A stretch of 64,000 nucleotides of DNA from Opitutales bacterium. GTDB lineage: Bacteria > Verrucomicrobiota > Verrucomicrobiia > Opitutales > JAJFLR01. The notes beneath the pieces are model-generated. The model searched no databases. It was not told the DNA's origin and saw only the letters and a list, made by a program, of their open reading frames with translations. This document shows positions 50,282-59,518 of this stretch, one piece after another; the first letter of the stretch is position 1; the number at the start of each line of letters is the position of its first letter. Location: contig JAJFLR010000097.1 in assembly GCA_021772565.1 (NCBI GenBank), forward strand, positions 1,558 through 65,557. The letters are read 5' to 3'. Both the position numbers and the translations under genes were made by a program.

Positions 50282-51201
50282 GAGTTAGATAATTTCTTCA
50301 GCACACGCATTTTGGCTGATCGTGCTCTTCGGTTAATTTCACATTCGTCGTCACCAGGTTGTATCGGTCGTCTCGTTAATATTTCTGCGTAAGAAGTGCG
50401 GGATTGCTGAGGGGTCTGATCTTCTTTATGGATTGGCTGGCCGGCCATTTTTCTAAAGTAACGTTTTACAATTCGGTCTTCCAATGAATGAAAACTGATC
50501 ACAGCGAGTATTCCGCCAGGCGATAATTTTTCAAATGCTATCGGTAAGGCTTTTTCTATAAACTCTAGCTCGCGGTTAATATAAATTCTTAGACCTTGAA
50601 ATACTTTTGTTGCCGGATGTATACGTCTCGAGCCGGCAATCTTTCCTTTGGCCTTTACGACAAGATCGGCAAATGATTGTGTTTCACTCAATATGCCTGT
50701 TCCTCTGGCAGCAAAAATTTTATAAACAATCCTGTGCCAGCTTGGTTCTTCACCAAAATTGCGTATTGCCTTTACCAATTCATTGCGCGGTGCGGTTTCT
50801 AAAAACTCTGATGCTGTCAGATCGGTGCGTCTATCAAAACGCATATCTAATGGGCCATCGTACTTAAATGAAAAACCGCGCTCTTTTGAATCCACATGAA
50901 ATGAAGATAATCCTAAATCAAATATAGCGCCTGCATAGCCACTTCCCGGGATCCGGTCCAGATTAGAGAAATTTACATTATGAAAATTGAATTGCTGTGG
51001 ATATTTTGTATGCAAAATCTTTGCTCTATCAATTGCTTCATGATCACAATCGAGTGCGGTTATTTTTATATTTTTTGCTGACTCTAATATTGCTTCACTA
51101 TGTCCGCCTCCACCAAATGTACAATCCAAATACCAATATCCCTCACTGGGCGTAAGAGCCTTCAGAACCTCCTTTTTTAACACAGGTTGATGGCCGTCCA
51201 T
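50278..51201 (-). CDS. rsmH: 16S rRNA m4C1402 methyltransferase (start re-called to ATG 51201)
   Basis: HQPVL, DCTFGGGGHS, DLGLSS, LDMR, FQGLRI, ISFHSLEDRIVK, RARSAKMR. Confidence 0.96.
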   Translation of the reverse strand: MDGHQPVLKKEVLKALTPSEGYWYLDCTFGGGGHSEAILESAKNIKITALDCDHEAIDRAKILHTKYPQQFNFHNVNFSNLDRIPGSGYAGAIFDLGLSSFHVDSKERGFSFKYDGPLDMRFDRRTDLTASEFLETAPRNELVKAIRNFGEEPSWHRIVYKIFAARGTGILSETQSFADLVVKAKGKIAGSRRIHPATKVFQGLRIYINRELEFIEKALPIAFEKLSPGGILAVISFHSLEDRIVKRYFRKMAGQPIHKEDQTPQQSRTSYAEILTRRPIQPGDDECEINRRARSAKMRVLKKLSNS

Positions 51202-51220
51202 ATATTTTAAATTCGATGAG

Positions 51221-51445
51221 CTATGTGGATATAATAGCATTGATTAAGTTTCTCCATCCGGGGGAACGTTCATTTCCCTTCTTCTTAAAATTGATATCGT
51301 TTTTAACAAAACGACCTCTTGGAATATCCGTGTTTAAATCAGGTAATGTCGGAAATTCCCAAACTGTGTAATGACGAGTTTCGCCATTTCGATTTCTTCC
51401 ATTGTTTAAAATTGAATTATTTCGAGTATTTAAGTTATTTAACAT
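51221..51445 (-). CDS. Small hypothetical protein between mraZ and rsmH
   Basis: 74-aa ORF filling the gap, starting 4 nt after the mraZ stop, co-oriented. Confidence 0.45.
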   Translation of the reverse strand: MLNNLNTRNNSILNNGRNRNGETRHYTVWEFPTLPDLNTDIPRGRFVKNDINFKKKGNERSPGWRNLINAIIST

Positions 51446-51449
51446 TTTT

Positions 51450-51911
51450 CTATATGTCTAATTCTCCTAACGCATCGACTATATTTAATTCTTTTTCTGT
51501 TTCTGATTTAGCGTATTTCTCAGTACTCCAAATTTGAAAAGCTTTTCCTGTCCCAACTAGCGTTACTTCTTTATTAATTTCGGCGTGTTGGAGTAATTTT
51601 TCGGGAATGTTTATTCTGCCTAGACTATCGCAGCTAAACTTAACGGCTTTAGAGAAAATGCTTCGCAGTATCATCTGTCCTCTGATGTTGCCTTCTCTGA
51701 TTTCATTTGTTTTGGCGAAAAGCTCTTTTTGCTTTTGCGGCGGGTATACATTGATCCAGCCATTTGGATGTGGCCAAGCCAGATAAAAATTATGCTCCTT
51801 CAAATTATCATCTTTAACCCTCCAGCATGAAGGTACGGACACTCTCTTTTTAACATCTAAATTGTGTAAAAATTCGCCGACGTAGGTTGGTTGATTATCT
51901 GAGACTTCCAT
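51450..51911 (-). CDS. mraZ: Transcriptional regulator MraZ
   Basis: Two AbrB-like repeats LDVKKRVSVP and CDSLGRINIP; FQIWS. Confidence 0.93.
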   Translation of the reverse strand: MEVSDNQPTYVGEFLHNLDVKKRVSVPSCWRVKDDNLKEHNFYLAWPHPNGWINVYPPQKQKELFAKTNEIREGNIRGQMILRSIFSKAVKFSCDSLGRINIPEKLLQHAEINKEVTLVGTGKAFQIWSTEKYAKSETEKELNIVDALGELDI

Positions 51912-51930
51912 GGTGTATAAGAGCAGTATT

Positions 51931-51974
51931 TCCCACTTTCAACCACTTCTTACCACTTTATCCCACTTCGTCAA
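51931..51974 (-). promoter_or_regulatory. mraZ/dcw promoter with four 10-bp-phased AAGTGG MraZ boxes
   Basis: Minus strand ttgacg-aagtgggata-aagtggtaag-aagtggttga-aagtggga; matches the known GTGG(G) repeat MraZ operators. Confidence 0.85.
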
Positions 51975-52168
51975 GAACTTTTTATGAAAATTATAGCTAA
52001 TCTTAATAATTCACTTGACTAAACTCGTTATTATCAACTAAATGCTTAGTTATTCGCATGTTACTGACATAAGTCATTAGGTATTTGTTAGTTTTGTCAA
52101 TAATTAATAAAATTTTAATAATAACTGTTTTCTAATGTTTATAAGGTGAGCCTTTAAGTCATTATTTT

Positions 52169-52936
52169 ATGGCAGATCCCAAACAAAAAACTAAAATCGC
52201 ACGACTCGATGATTTGTTGGTAATTCAAGGTCACTGTGAATCAAAAACCCGAGCTAAAAGTATAATTCTAGCGGGTAAGGTAAAGCATGGGACAGATGTT
52301 CTTGATAAAGCAGGCAAAACTTATCCAGTTGATTTGCCGTTAACGATTCAAGCTCCCCCGCCCTATGTTAGTAGAGGCGGCTTTAAACTGGCAGGATTTT
52401 TGGACAAACTGCAATTGAATTTGACTGGGAAAAGTGCCCTGGATATCGGTGCATCAACCGGCGGTTTTACAGATTGTCTATTACAGCGGAACGTGAAAGC
52501 AGTTACCTGTGTTGATGTAGGACGGGGTCAGCTGCATGCAAAATTAGTTGAGGATTCCCGGGTAACAAATATTGAGAAAACTAATGTCCGTTATTTAACT
52601 GAAAAAATGTTACCATTGAACGAATATAATATCGTCGTAATTGACGTATCGTTCATTTCGTTAAAAAAAATTCTGCTACCGGTTTGGCAATTCGTTGAAT
52701 CTGGCGGGCATCTTTTGGCGTTAGTCAAACCGCAGTTTGAAGCACATAAAAAAGAAGTAGATAAAACAAAAGGAATTATTAAAGACTCGGAGATTCACCA
52801 AAGAGTATTAAGCGAGATTAGAGAATTTGCCGAAAAAAATTTAGTGCATGCCGATGAGATTGGTTTTATGGAATCAGCGATTAAAGGCACCGACGGTAAT
52901 AAAGAATTTTTATTGGCCTATGTGAATGGAAAATAA
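52169..52936 (+). CDS. tlyA: TlyA-family rRNA 2'-O-methyltransferase
   Basis: RLDDLLV S4 domain, YVSRGGFKL, LDIGASTGGFTD, DVSFISL, LVKPQFEA, GNKEF. Confidence 0.96.
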   Translation: MADPKQKTKIARLDDLLVIQGHCESKTRAKSIILAGKVKHGTDVLDKAGKTYPVDLPLTIQAPPPYVSRGGFKLAGFLDKLQLNLTGKSALDIGASTGGFTDCLLQRNVKAVTCVDVGRGQLHAKLVEDSRVTNIEKTNVRYLTEKMLPLNEYNIVVIDVSFISLKKILLPVWQFVESGGHLLALVKPQFEAHKKEVDKTKGIIKDSEIHQRVLSEIREFAEKNLVHADEIGFMESAIKGTDGNKEFLLAYVNGK

Positions 52937-52939
52937 TTA

Positions 52940-53147
52940 TCAATGCGAGGAATGAAATGACATAACGGTCCACCATATCTGTGCGATTATATGGTTTACA
53001 AACACTTGAACGATCAAACTGAATTAACAGAGCATGGCTTGCCGCCAGAGCTACTTAGCTACGCCCATTGGGTGCAGATTCCATTGCTGTCATGAGTTCT
53101 TCCAATGGCACGTTTTTTGCGTTAGGCTTTATTTTTTGTCTTCTCAC
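52940..53147 (-). pseudogene. Probable IS630-like transposase N-terminal remnant
   Basis: Manual translation VRRQKIKPNAKNVPLEELMTAMESAPNGRS*VALAASHALL..DRSSVCKPYNRTD resembles IS630 HTH N-termini; in-frame stop, truncated. Confidence 0.45.
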
Positions 53148-53466
53148 TATTTAGTTTATTTGTATAAACTAAACATTTGTCCAAGTAATTTTTTTCTTTT
53201 TAATTTACTTTTCGGAAATTTATTTTAGTAGATGCTCTAACCAGTATCTAACTATTAAGTTTTCAATTTTTATTTGCCAACGAACAGTACATATACTCCT
53301 TAATTAAAATATCTCATACATATAATCTGCCAATACTAAATTTACAATTGTCAGTAGTAGACACAATTATATTGATAAATAATATTTTATTAGTCTTGAT
53401 GAACTTTATTTATACTATTCGCTAGGTAACATACAATTGGAATATCAGTTGAAAGTACAATTCTAA

Positions 53467-54174
53467 ATGATAAAAAGAAAAACGTATGTCTTTGTCAGTT
53501 TGACCGTAGTCTTTACATTTATTCTATTTGGATGCGTTAGGTCAAATAAGAGTAACACTGGTAATCATGCGGCAAATTTAACTCTTGATGACCAATTTAC
53601 GCTCACCGGAAAGAAACATTTTGTTCAAGATTACCCACCCACTGATTCTTCAGGAAACTTAAATGTTGTTGTCGAAATCCCAGCTGGAACCAATGACAAA
53701 TGGGAGGTGGATAAGACTACAGGGAAACTTAAATGGGAAATTAAAAAAGGTAAACCAAGGGTTGTAATGTATCTTGGATATCCGGGAAATTACGGTATGG
53801 TTCCCAGGACACTTCTGTCAAAAGATGTGGGTGGTGACGGTGATCCACTAGATGTCATAATCATCGGCCCTGCTGTTCCAGGAGGTAGTGTTGTGAAAGC
53901 GCGCCCTATTGGTGTTTTAAAGTTGCTCGATGATGGAGAACAAGATGACAAGATAATCGCAATTTTACTTGATTCACCTCTTGTTGCAGTTTCCACAATC
54001 GATGATTTGTGGCACGAATACAAAGGGATAACAGGAATCCTCGAAATTTGGTTCTCAAATTATAAAGGGCCGGGGAGAATGTTGTCAAAAGGATTTGGTA
54101 GCTTAGCTGAAGCGCAGCTTGTAATCAATGCTGCTGTCGAAGCATATAATAATGAGCATTCAATATCTAAATAA
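53467..54174 (+). CDS. ppa: Family I inorganic pyrophosphatase with lipoprotein signal
   Basis: VVEIPAGT, KWEVDK, YPGNYGMVPRT, DGDPLD, DDGEQDDKIIA, WFSNYK; N-terminal lipobox LFGC. Confidence 0.9.
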   Translation: MIKRKTYVFVSLTVVFTFILFGCVRSNKSNTGNHAANLTLDDQFTLTGKKHFVQDYPPTDSSGNLNVVVEIPAGTNDKWEVDKTTGKLKWEIKKGKPRVVMYLGYPGNYGMVPRTLLSKDVGGDGDPLDVIIIGPAVPGGSVVKARPIGVLKLLDDGEQDDKIIAILLDSPLVAVSTIDDLWHEYKGITGILEIWFSNYKGPGRMLSKGFGSLAEAQLVINAAVEAYNNEHSISK

Positions 54175-54263
54175 TTTAAGTTTATCAAATCGGTAAACTG
54201 TGCAAATATTACTTGAAATATCAACTGGAAAAGCACTAGTTATCAACACGAGTATTGATTTTA

Positions 54264-54680
54264 ATGGCAGCAATTTTGGACAAATTGCAATTGGATTTGG
54301 TCGGTAAAAATGCCCTGAATATCGGTGCCTCAACTGGTGGCTTTACAGATTGTCTATTACAGAGGAACGTGAAAGCAGTTACCTGTGTTGGTGTAGGACG
54401 GGGTCAGCTGCATGCAAAATTAGTTGAGGATTCCCGGGTAACAAATATTGAGAAGACTAATGCCCGTTATTTAAGTGATGAAGTGTTACGATTGAGCGAA
54501 TATAATATTGTCGTAGTTGATGTATCGTTCATTTCGTTAAAATAAATTCTGCTACCGGTATGGCCATTCGTTGAATCGGGCGGGCATCTTTTGGCGTTAG
54601 TCAAATCGCAGTTTGAAGCACTTATAGCAATTACAATTCTTTTTGGCAGACACTATAAAAAAATGAAGTAGATAAAACAA
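54264..54680 (+). pseudogene. tlyA: Partial, decayed duplicate of tlyA
   Basis: High DNA similarity to about 52388..52770; AAA>TAA at 54543; DIG>NIG and VDVG>VGVG changes; ~33-bp insertion after gaagcac; lacks 5' S4 domain and 3' end. Confidence 0.9.
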
Positions 54681-54801
54681 ATGTGATTTTATGATTTTGC
54701 TAAGAATATGACAGATGAATTACCTCCTATTTTTCTTGAGTGTTTGTGGGCGTTTCAATACCTACGCCTAGCTGCATTCTTCTAGAAAAGCCGGGAATTA
54801 T

Positions 54802-54854
54802 TTGACACGGCAATTAATTTCCATAGAAATGATTTCTATACAAATGATTTCTAT
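54802..54854 (+). promoter_or_regulatory. Putative promoter with palindromic MarR operator
   Basis: ttgaca at 54802; palindrome atagaaat-g-atttctat (54823-54839) followed by a repeat aaatgatttctat, upstream of the MarR gene. Confidence 0.6.
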
Positions 54855-54875
54855 TCTAATTATTACGGCACAAAT

Positions 54876-55487
54876 ATGAAAAAACTAGCAACAGAACAGG
54901 TTGTAGAGCAGGTAATTCCTTCTGCCATATCAATGCCCATAGTTCCCAAAGAAAGGTATGACTTGCGTATTTTGAGTTCCATTCGACGTATCATTCGCTC
55001 GGTGGATATTTATTCGAGAAAACTCGCCCAGGAACATGGAGTCACTGTTCCGCAGCTGCTTTGCATGCTCAAAGTGGATGAGCTTGGCCCTTTGACAATT
55101 AAGGAGCTAAGCGAAGAGGTGTTTCTCAACCCCAGCACTATCGTCGGCATTGTAGACCGACTGGAAAAACATGATGTTTTTACTCGCGAACGTTCCGTTA
55201 AAGACCGTCGCTGTGTCCGTATTTACTTAACTGAAAAAGGCAGGGAAATGGTCGCCCAGTCTCCTTCTCCTTTGCAGGATTCATTAGCTACCTCAATTGA
55301 CAATTTACCTGAACTCGAAAGAGCCACCATCGCCTTGTCCCTCGAAAAGATTCTGGAAATGATGGACAAAAACCCCGTCGCCATTGAAGCCACTGTTATT
55401 TCTCAAGAAACGGCACCGGTTCTTGAAACTTCACCGGACTTGAAAGAAGACAAAGGTATTGTTCCGAAGATGAAAAATAAAAACTAA
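54876..55487 (+). CDS. MarR-family regulator, EctR/CosR-like
   Basis: IRRIIRSVDIYSRKL, TVPQLL, STIVGIVDRLE, RERSVKDRR, LTEKG, SPLQD. Confidence 0.88.
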   Translation: MKKLATEQVVEQVIPSAISMPIVPKERYDLRILSSIRRIIRSVDIYSRKLAQEHGVTVPQLLCMLKVDELGPLTIKELSEEVFLNPSTIVGIVDRLEKHDVFTRERSVKDRRCVRIYLTEKGREMVAQSPSPLQDSLATSIDNLPELERATIALSLEKILEMMDKNPVAIEATVISQETAPVLETSPDLKEDKGIVPKMKNKN

Positions 55488-55586
55488 ATTTATTAATTTA
55501 GGATATCCTGGCACAATCAATTCATGCTCAAGCAGAAAAAGGAGCCTGCTTTATTAAAAACTATATCAATTAGAACAACTTAAACC

Positions 55587-56567
55587 TTGAAAACCATGAT
55601 AACAGAAAACGACAGTAAAACTAAAACGAACACTGAATACCTTAATGACATCTATTCCGATGAGAATGATGCAAAGGCCGATTTTGATGATGTTTACGAT
55701 GCTCCCACTCCTCATTCCTATATTGAAACCATGGCAAATACAGGCTATGAGATTGGCCAACAATGCCAGCCGTTTTTTGTTGAAGCAGTAAGGTTCTTAC
55801 AGGAGCGAAATGGAAAAGCCTGGCCCGTTCAAATGCTTGACATCGGATGTTCCTATGGAATTGGTTCTGCCTTGGTAAAATACAAATGTACTTTTGATGA
55901 ATTGGTTGCATTTTCTGCCACTAGAGTTCCCCGAGATTATGACTCTGCTTGCCAGGCCCTACGGCAATGGTTAAACGTGATACCGCCGGAAAATGATATT
56001 CGTTGCGTAGGGTTGGACTGCTCTAAACCTGCCATCAAGTTCGCAATCGATTCCGGGTTGCTGGATGGAGGTTTGAGTCGAAATTTGGAAGAAGGGACCG
56101 CTCCACTTACACAGGAGGAACTACAATGGTTTGAAGGCTGTAATCTAATGATCAGCATGGGGGCGATCGGATATATCTCTGAGCGTACGTTGAATACTGT
56201 TTTTAATCATTTAGCAAAAGCGCACCCAGGTTCGCTTGGGCCAATTGCCGTCATGTCGGTTTTGCGCATGTTCGATCTTGAGTCTATTTACGATTGTTTT
56301 GCAAAGCATGGTTTTGTTCTAAGAGAAGTTCCCGGAATCTGCCTGCCTCAACGTAATTTTGCGGATGAGACGGAAAAAAATGAAATTCTACAAATTCTTA
56401 AAACGAAAGGCACGGATTTCGAAAGTTTTGAAGCAAAAGGCAAATTATACGCGAATCTCTTAATTGCAGCTACGCCTGATACAATAGATCTGCTTGAAGA
56501 GCGAATGTTATCAGTTCATGCCGAGCAGAGTTTGCTTAAGAATTCATCATCATTTATTAAACGCTAA
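55587..56567 (+). CDS. Class I SAM-dependent methyltransferase-like protein
   Basis: Motif I LDIGCSYGI, VGLDCS, MGAIGYI; N-terminal ADFDDVY; alternative ATG at 55596. Confidence 0.75.
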   Translation: MKTMITENDSKTKTNTEYLNDIYSDENDAKADFDDVYDAPTPHSYIETMANTGYEIGQQCQPFFVEAVRFLQERNGKAWPVQMLDIGCSYGIGSALVKYKCTFDELVAFSATRVPRDYDSACQALRQWLNVIPPENDIRCVGLDCSKPAIKFAIDSGLLDGGLSRNLEEGTAPLTQEELQWFEGCNLMISMGAIGYISERTLNTVFNHLAKAHPGSLGPIAVMSVLRMFDLESIYDCFAKHGFVLREVPGICLPQRNFADETEKNEILQILKTKGTDFESFEAKGKLYANLLIAATPDTIDLLEERMLSVHAEQSLLKNSSSFIKR

Positions 56568-56579
56568 GTAGCCTTACCG

Positions 56580-57350
56580 TTGATTTTATTAAAAGACGTT
56601 TGTAAGTCATTTGATGATGGTCGCAGCCTTGCGGTTAACCGAATTTCATTGGAAGTATCTAAAGGGGAAATTCTTGTTTTACTCGGTACGTCTGGATGCG
56701 GTAAAACCACACTACTAAAAATGATCAATCGATTGATCGAGCCTTCCGCCGGATCGATTGAAGTAAAGGGACAAAACATATTAAATCAAGATCCCGTTAC
56801 CCTAAGAAGGAATATTGGCTATGTATTCCAGGGGATTGGACTCTTCCCGCATTTAACCATCGAAGAAAATATAACGATTGGCCTAAAGCTTATCGGAGTA
56901 TCCTCCACTAAAAGGAAAGCCCGAGCGCTTGAGCTTTTGGAGATGGTGAAGCTAACTCAGAAATTGAGCAAACGTTTACCTGAAGAGCTTTCTGGTGGCC
57001 AGCAACAACGGGTGGGAGTTGCTCGCGCTCTCGCTGCTGATCCTGAAGTCCTATTGATGGATGAACCGTTTGGTGCGTTGGATGCAGTTACGCGAGAAAC
57101 TTTGCAAGACGAAATATTACGACTTAATAACCAACTCGACAAAACAATCGTATTTGTTACCCATGATGTCATTGAAGCAATCGCATTGGGAAATCGAATT
57201 GCAATTCTCAACGATGGAAAGCTTATTCAATTAGGAACAAGTCATGAGCTTTTTAGCGATCCTCAAAGCCCTATTGTAAATGACTTAATTCACAAGCCAA
57301 TGCAAAGGCTTTTACGTTTGGCCGACTCATACCAATCAGATAATACATGA
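56580..57350 (+). CDS. Osmoprotectant ABC transporter ATP-binding subunit (Opu-like, no CBS domains)
   Basis: GTSGCGKTT, MINRLIEPS, LSGGQQQRVGVARALA, LMDEPFGALD. Confidence 0.93.
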   Translation: MILLKDVCKSFDDGRSLAVNRISLEVSKGEILVLLGTSGCGKTTLLKMINRLIEPSAGSIEVKGQNILNQDPVTLRRNIGYVFQGIGLFPHLTIEENITIGLKLIGVSSTKRKARALELLEMVKLTQKLSKRLPEELSGGQQQRVGVARALAADPEVLLMDEPFGALDAVTRETLQDEILRLNNQLDKTIVFVTHDVIEAIALGNRIAILNDGKLIQLGTSHELFSDPQSPIVNDLIHKPMQRLLRLADSYQSDNT

Positions 57351-58939
57351 ATTGGATAGCGCCATGGATTGACTTTACTATCGAACGGTTGCCCGAATTA
57401 TGGTTGCGCCTCGGAGAGCATTTCATCCTGGTTGGAGTGTCGACGCTTATCGCAACTCTGGTTGGAATTCCCCTCGGTATATTAGCCAATCGAAATAAAT
57501 GGTTGCGGGGGCCGGTTTCAGTAGGTTGTGGTGCCCTTCAGCCAATTCCCAGTCTTGCCATGCTTGCCGTATTACTCACTGTTTTTAACAAAATTGGATT
57601 TCTACCTGCCATCACTGCTCTTACATTGTACGCCTTTTTACCCATAGTCCGCAACACGATAGCAGGGCTTGATTCTGTGTCTAAAGAAATTATTGAGGGC
57701 GCCAAAGGTGTTGGCATGACCAGAGCGCAGCGGCTTCTCTGGGTGGAATTGCCCCTCGCGTCGCCCATCATTGTTACGGGCATTCGAACGTCAGCAGTTA
57801 TCGGAGTCGGCATCGCAACGTTATCTGCATTCATCGGAGCAGGAGGGCTTGGGCAATTCATCAATCGAGGACTTTCGATGTCGAATACTAACCTCATCTT
57901 ATTTGGAGCCATTCCAGCTATTCTCCTTGCTTTGGCGGTCGATGCATCTGTTGTTTTTTCGCTTTGGGGTCTTAAAAAATATCGTCGTCGTCACAGCCAA
58001 CCGCTGAAAACCGGTAAAACTCTTTTCTATGGATTAATGATGGCTACTCCTGGAATACTTTTCCTATTAGGAACGCTTATTTATTTCATGCCTTTGAAAC
58101 AAACGAGCCCGACATCCACACAAACGGTAATCAGAATTGGCAGTAAGAATTTTACAGAACAACTCATTCTTGGAGAACTTATGGCGCAATTAATTGAGTC
58201 GGATCAAGATTTTCTGGTGGAACGGCATTTTAATTTAGGCGGAACCATGATTTGTCATGAAGCCATGAAAAATGGAGCGATTGATATTTATGCGGAATAT
58301 ACCGGAACTGGGCTTACCGCTATACTAAAACAAACAACTGCGATCAAAGGCAGTCAGGTGTTGCAATTAGTGAGCGAGCAATACCTGGACCGATACAATA
58401 TTAAATGGCTAAAACCATTTGGGTTTAATAATACTTATGCCGTCACGATTCGGAGTGAAGATAAAGACAAATTCCAGTTATCCAAAATATCTGAGCTTGC
58501 GAAAATATCCAATAAACTGAAAGCGGGTTTTACCTCTGAATTTATGGAAAGAGAAGACGGCTACCAGGGAATACAGCAGCTCTATAATCTTTATTTTGAG
58601 AGTGTAGTTGATTTGGAGCCATCCATTATGTATCGAGCTATTGCGAACAAAGAAGTCGATGTGATTTGCGCATTTGCCACTGATGGTCGGATTGAATCTT
58701 ATGAATTATATGTTTTGGCTGATGATAAACATTTCTTTCCTCCTTACCAGGCTGCCCCTATCGTGCGAAACGATTTGCTTAAAAAATTCCCCAAGCTAGA
58801 AAAACTGCTTAATACATGGGCCGGGAAATTGAATGACGAAACGATGCAACAGCTCAATTACCAAGTAGACGAGTTGAAACGCTCTCCCCACAATGTAGCA
58901 GAAATCTTTTTGAAAAATAATGTCTTACAAAGCAGGTAA
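57347..58939 (+). CDS. Fused permease-substrate-binding protein of a quaternary-amine ABC transporter (OpuF/EgtU-like architecture)
   Basis: QPIPSLAML, GVGMT, IGAGGLG; then GSKNFTEQ, EYTGT, FNNTYA, TDGRI, FFPPY. Confidence 0.92.
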   Translation: MNWIAPWIDFTIERLPELWLRLGEHFILVGVSTLIATLVGIPLGILANRNKWLRGPVSVGCGALQPIPSLAMLAVLLTVFNKIGFLPAITALTLYAFLPIVRNTIAGLDSVSKEIIEGAKGVGMTRAQRLLWVELPLASPIIVTGIRTSAVIGVGIATLSAFIGAGGLGQFINRGLSMSNTNLILFGAIPAILLALAVDASVVFSLWGLKKYRRRHSQPLKTGKTLFYGLMMATPGILFLLGTLIYFMPLKQTSPTSTQTVIRIGSKNFTEQLILGELMAQLIESDQDFLVERHFNLGGTMICHEAMKNGAIDIYAEYTGTGLTAILKQTTAIKGSQVLQLVSEQYLDRYNIKWLKPFGFNNTYAVTIRSEDKDKFQLSKISELAKISNKLKAGFTSEFMEREDGYQGIQQLYNLYFESVVDLEPSIMYRAIANKEVDVICAFATDGRIESYELYVLADDKHFFPPYQAAPIVRNDLLKKFPKLEKLLNTWAGKLNDETMQQLNYQVDELKRSPHNVAEIFLKNNVLQSR

Positions 58940-59064
58940 TTTGATATAACTTAATTAAAAGCGATTCTATCTCGACTTTCTCAATTTACGCCAAAAACAA
59001 ATCAAAAGATGACATAATGGTTGTCAGTATGCAGTTTCTGAGAAAAAATTATTGAAAATTAAAC

Positions 59065-59240
59065 GAGCCCTGAAAGAGCGATATAGTATCTCATGTGCTA
59101 AAGATGTTATGAAGATAAACTTTTGATAGGGATTGTGACACACGTGAATAATTACTTCACCCGTTTGGGCTTGTAAATAAAATTAGTAATTATTCCCAAA
59201 GCGTTACTCTGGCTAGTATAGATTAACCTTTCGGGCTATG
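59065..59240. repeat. Degenerate copies of the gccctttcagggc palindromic repeat family
   Basis: 59065-59090 is an inverted match to ggtactatttcgccctttcagggct; 59151-59240 is a decayed direct copy. Confidence 0.6.
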
Positions 59241-59518
59241 AAAATATTTATCATATAGATAATCTACAAATATCTGTTTGCCTGTTGATGGAGCATCTGC
59301 CATTAGAAACTTCCTAATTTGATTGTGCCTGTTGTGCCCAACGTGTTAGCGGTCCACCAAATGGTGGTCTAAAAGTGATATCAAAAGAACACATCTAATC
59401 TGAATAGTTTCTAGTTTCAAAACATCAAAAAAATAAGATATCAACAATTGCTTGAAGGTAATTCATTTGTTGTGTACAAAAATCTCATACGTTCTGCAGA
59501 CATTGTGAAGGATAGAAT

